From Candidatus Fimenecus sp. (lineage in GTDB: Bacteria; Bacillota; Clostridia; Oscillospirales; Acutalibacteraceae), in assembly GCA_045577555.1 (NCBI GenBank), contig JAZNIQ010000272.1, forward strand, positions 356 to 64,355: 64,000 bases of DNA. The letters are read 5' to 3'. This document shows positions 17,273 to 26,343 of the stretch, piece by piece. The position numbers and the translations under genes were made by a program. The notes below the pieces were generated by a model. The model was not told the DNA's origin, ran no database searches, and saw nothing but the letters and a program-made list of their open reading frames with translations. The first letter of the stretch is position 1. Every line of letters begins with the position of its first letter.

Positions 17273-19561
17273 ATGTTATTAGAACGCTGCATAGAAAAAA
17301 TTGAGAAGCATAATCACAAAAATCCCAACAAAGTAATTTTTGTAAATTTCAATAATATCGAGCATTTAAAGGCATTCAAGGAGCACTTTATATTTGGTAG
17401 CAACTTCGTTGGAGTTGCTACCAATAAAGGTGCTGATAAATTGCCTACATATGACGAGATACTTAGTGTTATTGAAAATAGTGCAAATAATACCTTTGTT
17501 GAAGGGATAGGGGCCTATTTGCGCCTGTTTGGGCAAAAACAAGTTGAGTCCATATTAAACCAGTTAATAAATACCTCAATGAGTTCAAATGCAGTAGTTT
17601 TACTTTTTCAATGCGAGGAAGTATTGCAGCAACTAATAAAAAAAGATCCACGAGTAGAAACACGAGTAATTTTGGTGGATGGAGAAAAAGATCAACTACC
17701 AAAAATTACATTTATCAAAGAAGATATAGCAAGGTCTATAGATCAAAATGTTTACTTTGGTGTGGCATCTTTGATTGACAAGTTGGATGAAAGCTTGTCA
17801 GAGCATATATATGTTAGTACACATTTTGGAAAAAAAGATTTTGCAGAATCCCTCTATAATATTGATGAGTTGACATCTTTCTTTGAGATTATTAGAACGG
17901 ATTATATAACATCTTTATTGCAAAGCGATGAGAATTGTTTAAATCCGTCTCAGTGGAAGAGCATAGCCATTGGTTGTAAAGAATGCGGAAGCTTTGAGGA
18001 CTATTTCCATAAGATTATTGGAACAACTGATTCGGTTGATCTATATATGAAATCGTGGCCAAGCTTATCTGATGATAAAAAAGCCGCACTTTTCATTATG
18101 CTTAAAACAAATGCGGCCTGTTGTAACAATAGATGCTTGAGGGTTGCCGTTGCTAATTGCGATAACATAGATGGGTTGCTTTTAGAGGTGTACAAAACCA
18201 TTATCGACGAAAACACCAAGAGCAAGGCGTTTTGGACGTTTTACGATGAGAGAAAGCAAGTACTTCAAGCAATAGGAATGAATGAGCATATTGCAAATAC
18301 GTTTTGTAACTATGCAGAATCTTATGAAGAAAATGCACTTTTTGCACTAACCGATATCACTCAGGCAGAGAAAAAACTGACATTAAAATTAATAGCCAAA
18401 TTTAATAATAAATTTACTAAAAAAGAGTTGCTTGGATTACTGAAACACACTTACAATGATTTGTATTTGTATCTCTTGAATTATGATTATCAGATCCAGG
18501 AGATAGACAGTTATTTTAATGAATATAAGTATTTGAAAGTTGTTAATTCGGTAACTGATAATTTCAGAGATAGAGTTTTGCAAGAGGCAACACAAAGAAA
18601 CTTTTATAGAGTTTTACCAACCAGAAGTGAAAGGCTTGGAGCGTTAGAAAAGGATAATTCCATTTTGTATTTCGTGGATGCCTTGGGATTGGAGTATATG
18701 AGCTTTATTGCTAAGAAGGCGTCAGAAATGCAAATGATGATGAGCGTTGATTTTTGCCATTGTGATTTGCCGTCAATTACTCCTCTCAATAAAGAATTCT
18801 TGAATGTTTTCAAAAATGCAGGTGCAGACATAATTGATAACATAAAAGATATTGACGATATTAAACATTCAGGAACTCTTGATTATGACTATAGAAAAAG
18901 TCCATATCCAACCTATCTTGCAGATGAGTTGGATAAACTTCAGCAAATCTTAGAAAAAATCAATAACAAGTTAGGGACAACATACGATCGGGCATTTATC
19001 ATATCTGACCATGGGGCGAGTCGTCTTGCTGTAATAAGCGGCAAAGAAACGAAATGGGAAATGATTAATAAGGGTGAGCATTGTGGAAGATGCTGCAAAG
19101 TTTCCGAACATATTGTCGATGAACCAAATGAATATATGACCGAAGAAAACGGATACTGGGTTTTGGCTAATTATGATAGAATTAAGGGTGGTAGACCCGG
19201 TACGGTTGAAGTTCATGGCGGTGCAACACTTGAGGAAGTATGTGTGCCTATAATCGAATTCACAAGAATGCCTGAAAACATTAAAATTGATGTTATTACC
19301 AAGTTGGTCGAGACTGCATACAAAAAGAAGCCTGTACTTAAATTTACCGCAAATTGTAAATTAACCAATGTTTCAATTACCATTGGCGATAAGAGATTTG
19401 TTGCAATCTCTGAGGATAAGAAACATTTTTCAGTTGAATTGCATGGAATCAGATTAGAAAAAGAGTATACATTTGATGTTTGGTCTAACAGCAATGTGAT
19501 TTGCGGAAATTTGAAGTTTAGATTGAAATCTGCTGGAATGGTGGATAATGATATACTTTAA
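17273..19561 (+). CDS. pglZ: PglZ-domain (alkaline-phosphatase superfamily) protein
   Basis: 762 aa. ILYFVDALGLEYMSF and FIISDHGASRL resemble PglZ metal-site motifs. The gene starts 2 nt after brxC. Confidence 0.75.
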   Translation: MLLERCIEKIEKHNHKNPNKVIFVNFNNIEHLKAFKEHFIFGSNFVGVATNKGADKLPTYDEILSVIENSANNTFVEGIGAYLRLFGQKQVESILNQLINTSMSSNAVVLLFQCEEVLQQLIKKDPRVETRVILVDGEKDQLPKITFIKEDIARSIDQNVYFGVASLIDKLDESLSEHIYVSTHFGKKDFAESLYNIDELTSFFEIIRTDYITSLLQSDENCLNPSQWKSIAIGCKECGSFEDYFHKIIGTTDSVDLYMKSWPSLSDDKKAALFIMLKTNAACCNNRCLRVAVANCDNIDGLLLEVYKTIIDENTKSKAFWTFYDERKQVLQAIGMNEHIANTFCNYAESYEENALFALTDITQAEKKLTLKLIAKFNNKFTKKELLGLLKHTYNDLYLYLLNYDYQIQEIDSYFNEYKYLKVVNSVTDNFRDRVLQEATQRNFYRVLPTRSERLGALEKDNSILYFVDALGLEYMSFIAKKASEMQMMMSVDFCHCDLPSITPLNKEFLNVFKNAGADIIDNIKDIDDIKHSGTLDYDYRKSPYPTYLADELDKLQQILEKINNKLGTTYDRAFIISDHGASRLAVISGKETKWEMINKGEHCGRCCKVSEHIVDEPNEYMTEENGYWVLANYDRIKGGRPGTVEVHGGATLEEVCVPIIEFTRMPENIKIDVITKLVETAYKKKPVLKFTANCKLTNVSITIGDKRFVAISEDKKHFSVELHGIRLEKEYTFDVWSNSNVICGNLKFRLKSAGMVDNDIL

Positions 19562-19572
19562 GGAGAAATGAA

Positions 19573-21072
19573 ATGAAGGAAGAATTGGTCGAAAAATTGC
19601 AAGAATGTTTTGGACAAATGGTTGTCTATAAAGACTTAAGTAAGAGTAATTTCTTCTCTGCGTTAAGTTTACCTTCATTCTTGAGAGATTGGTTGCTTAA
19701 AAAATTTGAGGATGAAAACGGCGAATATGATATAGAAGAAGTAAGTGCGTTTATTAAAACTTATTTGCCTCGCAAAGATGATTGGGTTAGCATTAAGAAC
19801 AGAATTATTTGCGAGAACGAAAGAGTGAAATTCTTAACTAAAATTAGTGTTGATATCAGTATTAAAACGCAAGAGATTACTTTTTCTCTTCCCGAATTTG
19901 GTCTTACAAATAAAGAAACCATTATCGAAGAAAGCGTGTGGGCGCAATATAGTTCTGAGTTGGTTGCTGGCAAGGAAGTATGGGGAATTGTAGAGTTGGG
20001 GTATCGTTCACCTGATGCATATGATGTTACTTGGGAAGATAATAGCAATGGTACCAAAGCAAAAGGCGGAAAACAAGGAAAAATTAAATTAACTAAGTTT
20101 ACTAATTTCTGTCCGTATACTATCGATATTGAATTTTTTAAGGATATCAGAAATGAGTTTAACATTCACGAATGGATAGATGTCTTACTGGGAGCTATTG
20201 ACTATAACGCAGATGGATATCAAACCGAAAAAGAGAAACTTGCTATGGTGACTCGTTTACTACCATTTGTAGAAAAGAGGATCAACCTAATTGAATTGGC
20301 TCCTAAAGGAACAGGAAAGTCGTATTTGTTCGGAAGAATTAGCAAATATGGTAATTTAACAGCAGGTACTATGTCTCGTGCAAAATTATTTTACGATTTA
20401 AGCAAAAGAACATATGGACTTATATATAATAATGACTATGTTGCGTTTGATGAAATACAAAAATTGGCCTTTGCCGATCCCGATGAAATGAGTCAAACAT
20501 TTAAGGGATATATGGAACAAGGCATAGTGTCTTTTGGCGGTCATAGTGGAACGCCTGAAGCAGGAGTAATTTTGCTTGGAAACATACCGCAAGATAACAT
20601 GAATGAATTTGTTCCTATGTTTGGCACCTTGCCAGAACTGTTCAAAGAAAGTGCCCTTCTTGATAGATTCCATGGATTCATCAAAGGATGGGATATACCG
20701 AGAATGAAAGAAAATATGAAAATCTGTGGATGGGCTTTGAATACTGCGTATTTCTGCGAAATTATGCATTTGATGAGAGATGACGTAAGTTACCGTGCAG
20801 TAGTAGATGAATTGCTTGAATACGATGCAAACTCTGACACTAGAGATGTTGAGGCTGTTAAGCGTATAGCAACAGGATACCTGAAGTTGCTATTCCCGAA
20901 TGTTAGAACTGCGTCTGATATTAAGGTGAAAGATTTCAAAGAATACTGCGTAAGACCTGCAGCTAATATGCGTGGAATTATAAAATATCAAATGGGTCTG
21001 CTTGATCAAGAATATCGCGGTAAAGATGTGCCCAAGTTTTCAATCAGGGAGATAGCTAAAGATGATGAGTAA
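19573..21072 (+). CDS. brxL: BrxL-like AAA+/Lon-related protein (short form)
   Basis: 499 aa. The N-terminus FGQMVVYKDLSK..LPSFLRDWLLKKF resembles the BrxL N-terminus. Walker A ELAPKGTGKSYLF and Walker B VAFDEIQ. I saw no clear Lon Ser-Lys protease domain. Confidence 0.65.
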   Translation: MKEELVEKLQECFGQMVVYKDLSKSNFFSALSLPSFLRDWLLKKFEDENGEYDIEEVSAFIKTYLPRKDDWVSIKNRIICENERVKFLTKISVDISIKTQEITFSLPEFGLTNKETIIEESVWAQYSSELVAGKEVWGIVELGYRSPDAYDVTWEDNSNGTKAKGGKQGKIKLTKFTNFCPYTIDIEFFKDIRNEFNIHEWIDVLLGAIDYNADGYQTEKEKLAMVTRLLPFVEKRINLIELAPKGTGKSYLFGRISKYGNLTAGTMSRAKLFYDLSKRTYGLIYNNDYVAFDEIQKLAFADPDEMSQTFKGYMEQGIVSFGGHSGTPEAGVILLGNIPQDNMNEFVPMFGTLPELFKESALLDRFHGFIKGWDIPRMKENMKICGWALNTAYFCEIMHLMRDDVSYRAVVDELLEYDANSDTRDVEAVKRIATGYLKLLFPNVRTASDIKVKDFKEYCVRPAANMRGIIKYQMGLLDQEYRGKDVPKFSIREIAKDDE

Positions 21073-21265
21073 TGTAAAGTGTGCATTTTGCGATAAAGAT
21101 AATCTTTCAAATGATGAGATTGGATTAACAAAAAAACTCATTGATAAAAATCCGAGTAAATACTACTGTATTGATTGCATGGCTGAGTATCTGGATGTAA
21201 CAGTAGAGGAACTCTACGATAAAATCGAAGAGTTTAAAGATGAAGGCTGCACATTATTCAAGTAA
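21062..21265 (+). CDS. Small Cys-rich (zinc-ribbon-like) protein
   Basis: 67 aa with CAFC..(33 aa)..CIDC and a C-terminal GC. It overlaps the brxL stop by 11 nt. Confidence 0.55.
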   Translation: MMSNVKCAFCDKDNLSNDEIGLTKKLIDKNPSKYYCIDCMAEYLDVTVEELYDKIEEFKDEGCTLFK

Positions 21266-21274
21266 GGAGTTATT

Positions 21275-22405
21275 ATGAAGCAATTCATTTATGCCGACAA
21301 TGCGGCAACTACAAAATTAGATATTGATGCATTTGAGGCAATGAAGCCGTTCTTGCTCTATGAGTACGGAAACGCTTCTCAACTGTACTCCTTTGCGCGG
21401 AAACCGAAGCAAGCTTTGAAAGAGGCACGTGCTACAATTGCCCAGTGTATCAACGCAGAACCAGAGGAGATATTTTTTACTTCCGGCGGTACGGAAAGTG
21501 ATAATTGGGCAATTAAAGGCGTAGTTTTTTCCGACTCTAAAAAACACGCTATAATCACCTCACAAATCGAACATCACGCTGTATTAAAGACTTGTGAAGA
21601 TGTTGAAAAGATTGGATGCCCCATTGCTTATTTGCCCGTTACTAAAGAAGGCGTTGTTACGCCAGAAGCCTTAAGTTCCGTAATTACGCCCAATACATGC
21701 CTTGTTTCCATCATGTTCGCAAACAACGAGATTGGAACAATAGAGCCAATTGAGCAGCTATGTGAAATTGCTCACCGCAATGGAGCGTTATTCCATACCG
21801 ATGCCGTTCAAGCCGTAGGTCATATTCCAATTGATGTAAAGGAACTGGGAGTAGATATGTTGTCTGCTTCTGCGCATAAATTCAATGGTCCCAAGGGAAT
21901 CGGATTTTTGTACATAAAAAAAGGAACACTTGTCGCTTCATACGCAAGTGGCGGTGCTCAGGAATTCGGCCTGCGCGCCGGTACAGAGAACGTTGCTTCA
22001 ATCGTGGGTATGGCGGTTGCACTTAAGAAAAATTGTGACAATCTCGCGAAAAATATTCAACACATGGAGAATATAGAATCTCAACTGTTAGACAATTTAT
22101 CTTCTTCTGGTTTGGAGTTTATTAGAAATGGCAGCCCATATCATATCCCCGGAAACATTAGTCTCTCATTTAAGAACGCCGATGGAGAAGCATTGCTTCA
22201 TCGATTGGATTTAATGGGAATATGTGTTTCAACTGGCGCAGCATGTGATACGACAAACACCCAAACCTCTCATGTGCTTACTGCTATTGGGTTAGATCAA
22301 GAATATGCACAAGGAACAATTAGAATTTCTTTAGGCGTTCACAATAGCAATCAGGAGATAGAATTAATTGCAAACGCACTTCATTCTATTAGAAATAAGA
22401 ATTGA
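21275..22405 (+). CDS. Cysteine desulfurase (NifS/IscS/DndA class, PLP-dependent)
   Basis: 376 aa. PLP lysine SASAHKFNGPKGIGFL, catalytic loop CVSTGAACD and N-terminal IYADNAATT. Confidence 0.9.
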   Translation: MKQFIYADNAATTKLDIDAFEAMKPFLLYEYGNASQLYSFARKPKQALKEARATIAQCINAEPEEIFFTSGGTESDNWAIKGVVFSDSKKHAIITSQIEHHAVLKTCEDVEKIGCPIAYLPVTKEGVVTPEALSSVITPNTCLVSIMFANNEIGTIEPIEQLCEIAHRNGALFHTDAVQAVGHIPIDVKELGVDMLSASAHKFNGPKGIGFLYIKKGTLVASYASGGAQEFGLRAGTENVASIVGMAVALKKNCDNLAKNIQHMENIESQLLDNLSSSGLEFIRNGSPYHIPGNISLSFKNADGEALLHRLDLMGICVSTGAACDTTNTQTSHVLTAIGLDQEYAQGTIRISLGVHNSNQEIELIANALHSIRNKN

Positions 22406-22413
22406 GGATATAT

Positions 22414-23379
22414 ATGGCAATAACCATGAAAGAATACAATTTCTTAACATCAAAATATAGGATTGATCGAAAATTATATAAATATTTTTCAGATATCAAC
22501 AAAGCTATTAGTTGCATTCAGAGACGAGCTGTTCATCTTGACGATCCCCAAAAATTCAATGATCCTTTTGAGGCATATTATTGCTGCTATTTTTATTCCA
22601 TTAATTCAACTATGGACAAGAAGAGCAATATAATAGCAAAGATCCATTCTTATATTGCTAAAGCAGCATCACTAAATTCACAACTCTATAAAAATATAAT
22701 GGATGCAATGATGCTATATATGATCAACAAATTTGATGCCGATGATAGCATGTGCGAAAGTACAAGTGTTATCCAAGAAGTGTATGTAGCTTTAGGGGAT
22801 GTAGAGTTCTCATTTGATTATTTTTGTGAAGCCATCGATTTTGGCTTTAGAGAAACAAATCCTTATATTGCAATAGATTGCAAAATGTCTTGTTTCAGTG
22901 AGATATGCGACTCTATGTTAATGTGGTCATATTATGCAGACTCGCACAAGGGGATTTGTATAGAGTATGATCTTTCTAAATTGCCGAAAACTCCAACCAA
23001 TCAAAAGATAATTGATTCACTTACAAAAGTACAATATAGCCCTAACCGTATTGACTGTTTGCATGGAGAGGCTGAAGATAATGTGGTTAAAATTTTAACC
23101 TCAAAGTCAGATGTTTGGTCTCATGAACAGGAATGGCGGATTGTATGTGAAACGAATAATGAGTGGTTACCCTTTGATTGTATTAGTGGGGTTTATTTAG
23201 GAAAAAAATTTAATTTGAAATCACCTCTATACAAAAAACTTGTTGATTCTTTGGAAGAAATACAAGGCCTAAAAATATACAAAGCAAAATTACATACAAC
23301 AAAATATCAGTTAGAGTTTTCGGAAGAAGTAGATCTTGATTTTTATAGAATGTTCAAGTCTCGTCTCAGTAACACTTAA
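22414..23379 (+). CDS. DUF2971-family protein
   Basis: LYKYFS, FNDPFE, FSE..MLMWSYYADSHKGICIEYD and SDVWSHEQEWRIV match the DUF2971 signature order. ATG at 22414 follows gagga; the track's TTG at 22402 is less likely. Confidence 0.7.
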   Translation: MAITMKEYNFLTSKYRIDRKLYKYFSDINKAISCIQRRAVHLDDPQKFNDPFEAYYCCYFYSINSTMDKKSNIIAKIHSYIAKAASLNSQLYKNIMDAMMLYMINKFDADDSMCESTSVIQEVYVALGDVEFSFDYFCEAIDFGFRETNPYIAIDCKMSCFSEICDSMLMWSYYADSHKGICIEYDLSKLPKTPTNQKIIDSLTKVQYSPNRIDCLHGEAEDNVVKILTSKSDVWSHEQEWRIVCETNNEWLPFDCISGVYLGKKFNLKSPLYKKLVDSLEEIQGLKIYKAKLHTTKYQLEFSEEVDLDFYRMFKSRLSNT

Positions 23380-23450
23380 AAACAATTTGTAGAACAACCC
23401 TGGACTATTAAAACCCTTTGTGATATTGTTTCGTATCACAAAGGAGGTTT

Positions 23451-23957
23451 ATGTTTATGAAAGAGGAAAAGAGAAATAAAATGATTTGTTTTCACGATCC
23501 GGACAAGGAGTATGGCTTTTTAAGTAATTGGTATATGTCGGATTTTATTGAAGATGGAAGGCTGTATACATCTGTGGAACAATACTTAATGTATGGGAAA
23601 GCGATGGTCTTTAAAGACGAAGAGATGCAGCAAGCAATCCTTAACACACATGACGTTGCTGAAATAAAACAATACGGTAGACAAGTCAAAGCATATAACG
23701 AAACGGTATGGAACGGACTTAGGCAGTTAGTGCTATATCGTGGATTGTGGTTAAAATTCAGTCAAAACGAAGAATTAAAACAAAAATTGATTGACACAGG
23801 CAATGACATACTTGTGGAGTGTGCGAGAACAGACAAAATCTTCGCATGCGGTATGTCGATGAAAGATCCAATAAGATTTGATATGAACAAATGGTCTGGC
23901 AAAAATTTACTTGGTTTTGCACTGATGGACTTGCGTGAACAATTGAAGAAAAAGTAA
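23451..23957 (+). CDS. NADAR (YbiA/DUF1768) family protein
   Basis: FLSNWYMSDF..DGRLYTSVEQYLMYGKA..F.D, KQYGRQV and LKFSQNEELKQKL. The start may instead be the ATG at 23457. Confidence 0.75.
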   Translation: MFMKEEKRNKMICFHDPDKEYGFLSNWYMSDFIEDGRLYTSVEQYLMYGKAMVFKDEEMQQAILNTHDVAEIKQYGRQVKAYNETVWNGLRQLVLYRGLWLKFSQNEELKQKLIDTGNDILVECARTDKIFACGMSMKDPIRFDMNKWSGKNLLGFALMDLREQLKKK

Positions 23958-23976
23958 TTTCGAAGTTAAAACCAAG

Positions 23977-24010
23977 GCGTCGCAGAAATGCGGCGCTTTT
24001 GCTTTTTTAT
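23977..24010 (+). terminator. Terminator ending the BREX-like operon
   Basis: gcgtcgc-agaaat-gcggcgc stem-loop followed by ttttgctttttt. Confidence 0.6.
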
Positions 24011-24081
24011 ATCGAAAAAACGCTGGACTTGTAAAAGGTGTTGTGGTATGTGTTTGTGTTGCAAAAGGAGGTGCAACGCAC

Positions 24082-24366
24082 ATGACAACACTTGAAGATT
24101 TATATTATGGCAACATCAGTCCACACGAAAGGTATATCAAGCGAGGAACGAGAGTGGATAAGCTCGTAAAGCTGATATGCAAGAATGAGGATGAATTGAC
24201 GGCAGGGTTAACAGAGAAGCAAAAAGAAACTTTTGAAAAATTCAAAGACTGCACAAGTGAGCTATCCTGCATCACCGAGCGAGAAGCGTTCAGTTCGGGG
24301 TTCATCCTTGCCACTCGCATAATGGCGGAAGTGATGCAAGGGTTAGAGCAGGTCGAAGATATATGA
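24082..24366 (+). CDS. Conserved small hypothetical protein, paralog A
   Basis: ATG at 24082 follows aaaggagg. The 94 aa protein is highly similar to the 32295-32588 product (TLEDLYYGNISPHERYIKRGTRVDKLVKLICKNE...). Confidence 0.65.
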   Translation: MTTLEDLYYGNISPHERYIKRGTRVDKLVKLICKNEDELTAGLTEKQKETFEKFKDCTSELSCITEREAFSSGFILATRIMAEVMQGLEQVEDI

Positions 24367-25022
24367 GGAAACTAATTATCCTTCTTCTCTGCTGTGGGGT
24401 GCTCATCAGTATGGTAGCATGCGGTGGCAACACCGTATCACCATCTACCGAAAGTTCGTCATCAATTGCATTGGAAATAATAATGACGGAAATACTGCAT
24501 GTAACGACGGTAGAACCGACAGAGAAAGAAAAAGAAACAGTTTCTATTGAGAGTCAGGAACAAATAAGTGAGCCAACCCATACCACACCTACAGCAACGG
24601 TAAAGTCAATAGAAGAAATAAAACATTCTGTAGAAACAAATACGTCAAAGGATAAAGTTGCTTATCATGTTGTGGAAACAGTGACAAACACAATATCGCA
24701 GTATACAGAAAATGAAACGACTGTAATTGGACCGACAAAGGAAATTACACCAGTACAAGAAGCTCAACAACACGAGTTTGATATTTATTATTGGATAACG
24801 TTTGCCAAGGAGTATGCTTTAAGCGTTGGTTTGACATTGGATAGTGAAGCAGTGAGTTGTTGGGACAACCCCATCAGCGCAAACAGTCGATGCATATATC
24901 TTGAAAGAGATATCATAAGCCGACTGGATCGTTATGCAAAGGATGAGGATGTTACTGATGTGTGGATCTGGGCAGAACCCATAGGCGACGATTGTTACAA
25001 TATTTATATTGGCTATGCATAA
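24363..25022 (+). CDS. Lipoprotein (unknown function)
   Basis: Signal peptide MRKLIILLLCCGVLISMVAC-GG with a lipobox Cys, followed by a Ser/Thr/Glu-rich linker. Confidence 0.7.
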   Translation: MRKLIILLLCCGVLISMVACGGNTVSPSTESSSSIALEIIMTEILHVTTVEPTEKEKETVSIESQEQISEPTHTTPTATVKSIEEIKHSVETNTSKDKVAYHVVETVTNTISQYTENETTVIGPTKEITPVQEAQQHEFDIYYWITFAKEYALSVGLTLDSEAVSCWDNPISANSRCIYLERDIISRLDRYAKDEDVTDVWIWAEPIGDDCYNIYIGYA

Positions 25023-25292
25023 AGATGGCTTCCGTCGCAGCGAAGGTCACTGGCCGTATGTTGGCAGCTTCAAGTATTCCTACATCGCCATAGGCGTAGT
25101 TAAAGCCAATGATAAATGGCATGTCTGCATACTGATGAGTGAAGAAAATTACGGTGAATAAAAACTTAAACTTAAAATAAAAACAATTCCTATCGCAAGT
25201 TTTAAATGGCTTGCGATATTTTTTGTAAAAAAATGTTACAAGAAATTCATTTTGGAATATTAATATAAGGAGTATACATGGAAATATTAATC

Positions 25293-25321
25293 TTGACATT
25301 TAAAGAAAAAATGGATATAAT
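25293..25321 (+). promoter_or_regulatory. Consensus sigma-70 promoter
   Basis: TTGACA, exactly 17 nt, then TATAAT. Confidence 0.7.
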
Positions 25322-25327
25322 ATAGAT

Positions 25328-25448
25328 ACAAAAGATTTTTTCTTTTGTTTTTAGGCTGACGAAGCCACAATACCAGTTGAAATTAGACCGACGAGGTCAC
25401 CCAAGTCAAACTTGGTAAAGGTCATAGAGCGATCTATGACCTTTTTTT
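25328..25448 (+). ncRNA. Candidate ~120-nt structured RNA or leader between the promoter and an intrinsic terminator
   Basis: Two hairpins, ggct-GACGA-agcc (25354) and gacc-GACGA-ggtc (25386), have identical loops and compensatory stem changes. The terminator ggtcatag-agcgat-ctatgacc plus T7 ends at 25448, 18 nt before the next ATG. Confidence 0.4.
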
Positions 25449-25466
25449 CATGGAGGAATCATAATT

Positions 25467-26087
25467 ATGAAGAAGTATATATTATCAATTTCCAAACTTA
25501 ATGCATTAACATTATCTACTGATGAGAGTGAAGTGGATAGATATTCGGAATCTGATATACATTGGGCAACTAACAAATCGGGAAAACCTGTTAATAGGAA
25601 AATAAAAAAAGGAGATATATATCAATTTGAATTTGGAAAAAATTATGTCCCGGAAATGTCATATGAACACCGAGGATTAGTTATTGGACAATCTGGCAGA
25701 TTGATTTATGTTCTCCCAATTTTTTCTTATATTTCTTCTAAGTTTATCAAGGAGATGCCATGTCATATTGTGGATAATCCCAATGGAAAAAGTGATTATT
25801 ATTTGTTAAAAAGAAGTGAGTTTCCTTTTTTGAATCACGATTCAATTGTAAAATTAAATGATATTCGAACAGTTAGTTGTCTTAGAATAAAATACTCACA
25901 CTCTGCTCGAATAGAGCCCAGTTCTGATACATATAAATTTATTGAAAAAAGCACATTTACAAAATACTTCGGAAATATTTCATACGATTATGAACAATTA
26001 AAAAAAGAAAAAGAGCAATTAACAAATGATTTGATAAAATTAAAAGCGGAGAATTTAGAACTGCAAACCAAAAAAGAAGAATGCTAA
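25467..26087 (+). CDS. MazF/PemK-like toxin-fold protein with a C-terminal coiled coil
   Basis: KKGDIYQFEFG..EHRGLVIGQ..IYVLPIFS and VKLNDIRTVSCLRI follow the MazF pattern (GDIy..RPalV..vvPiTs..dqiRtv). The C-terminus is QLKKEKEQLTNDLIKLKAENLELQ. No adjacent antitoxin ORF. Confidence 0.45.
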   Translation: MKKYILSISKLNALTLSTDESEVDRYSESDIHWATNKSGKPVNRKIKKGDIYQFEFGKNYVPEMSYEHRGLVIGQSGRLIYVLPIFSYISSKFIKEMPCHIVDNPNGKSDYYLLKRSEFPFLNHDSIVKLNDIRTVSCLRIKYSHSARIEPSSDTYKFIEKSTFTKYFGNISYDYEQLKKEKEQLTNDLIKLKAENLELQTKKEEC

Positions 26088-26343
26088 TTTATGTGAAATT
26101 TTAAACCCACAGATTAAAATTAAAATGGTTTGATTTGTTGCCTTTGCAAATCAATGCAAACCGAACGAACTTCAAATCGCCGGTTTTTTATTACCAAAGG
26201 TGCATGCGGATTTTAAGGTGTCATGTCACCGTAAAAAATAATTATAACATAATAAGAATAGATAACCGTAAGTTATTGAAAGTTTTTTCAAATAATTTAC
26301 GGTTATTTTTTTTGCGAAAATGGGGCTACAAAACCCCTACTTT

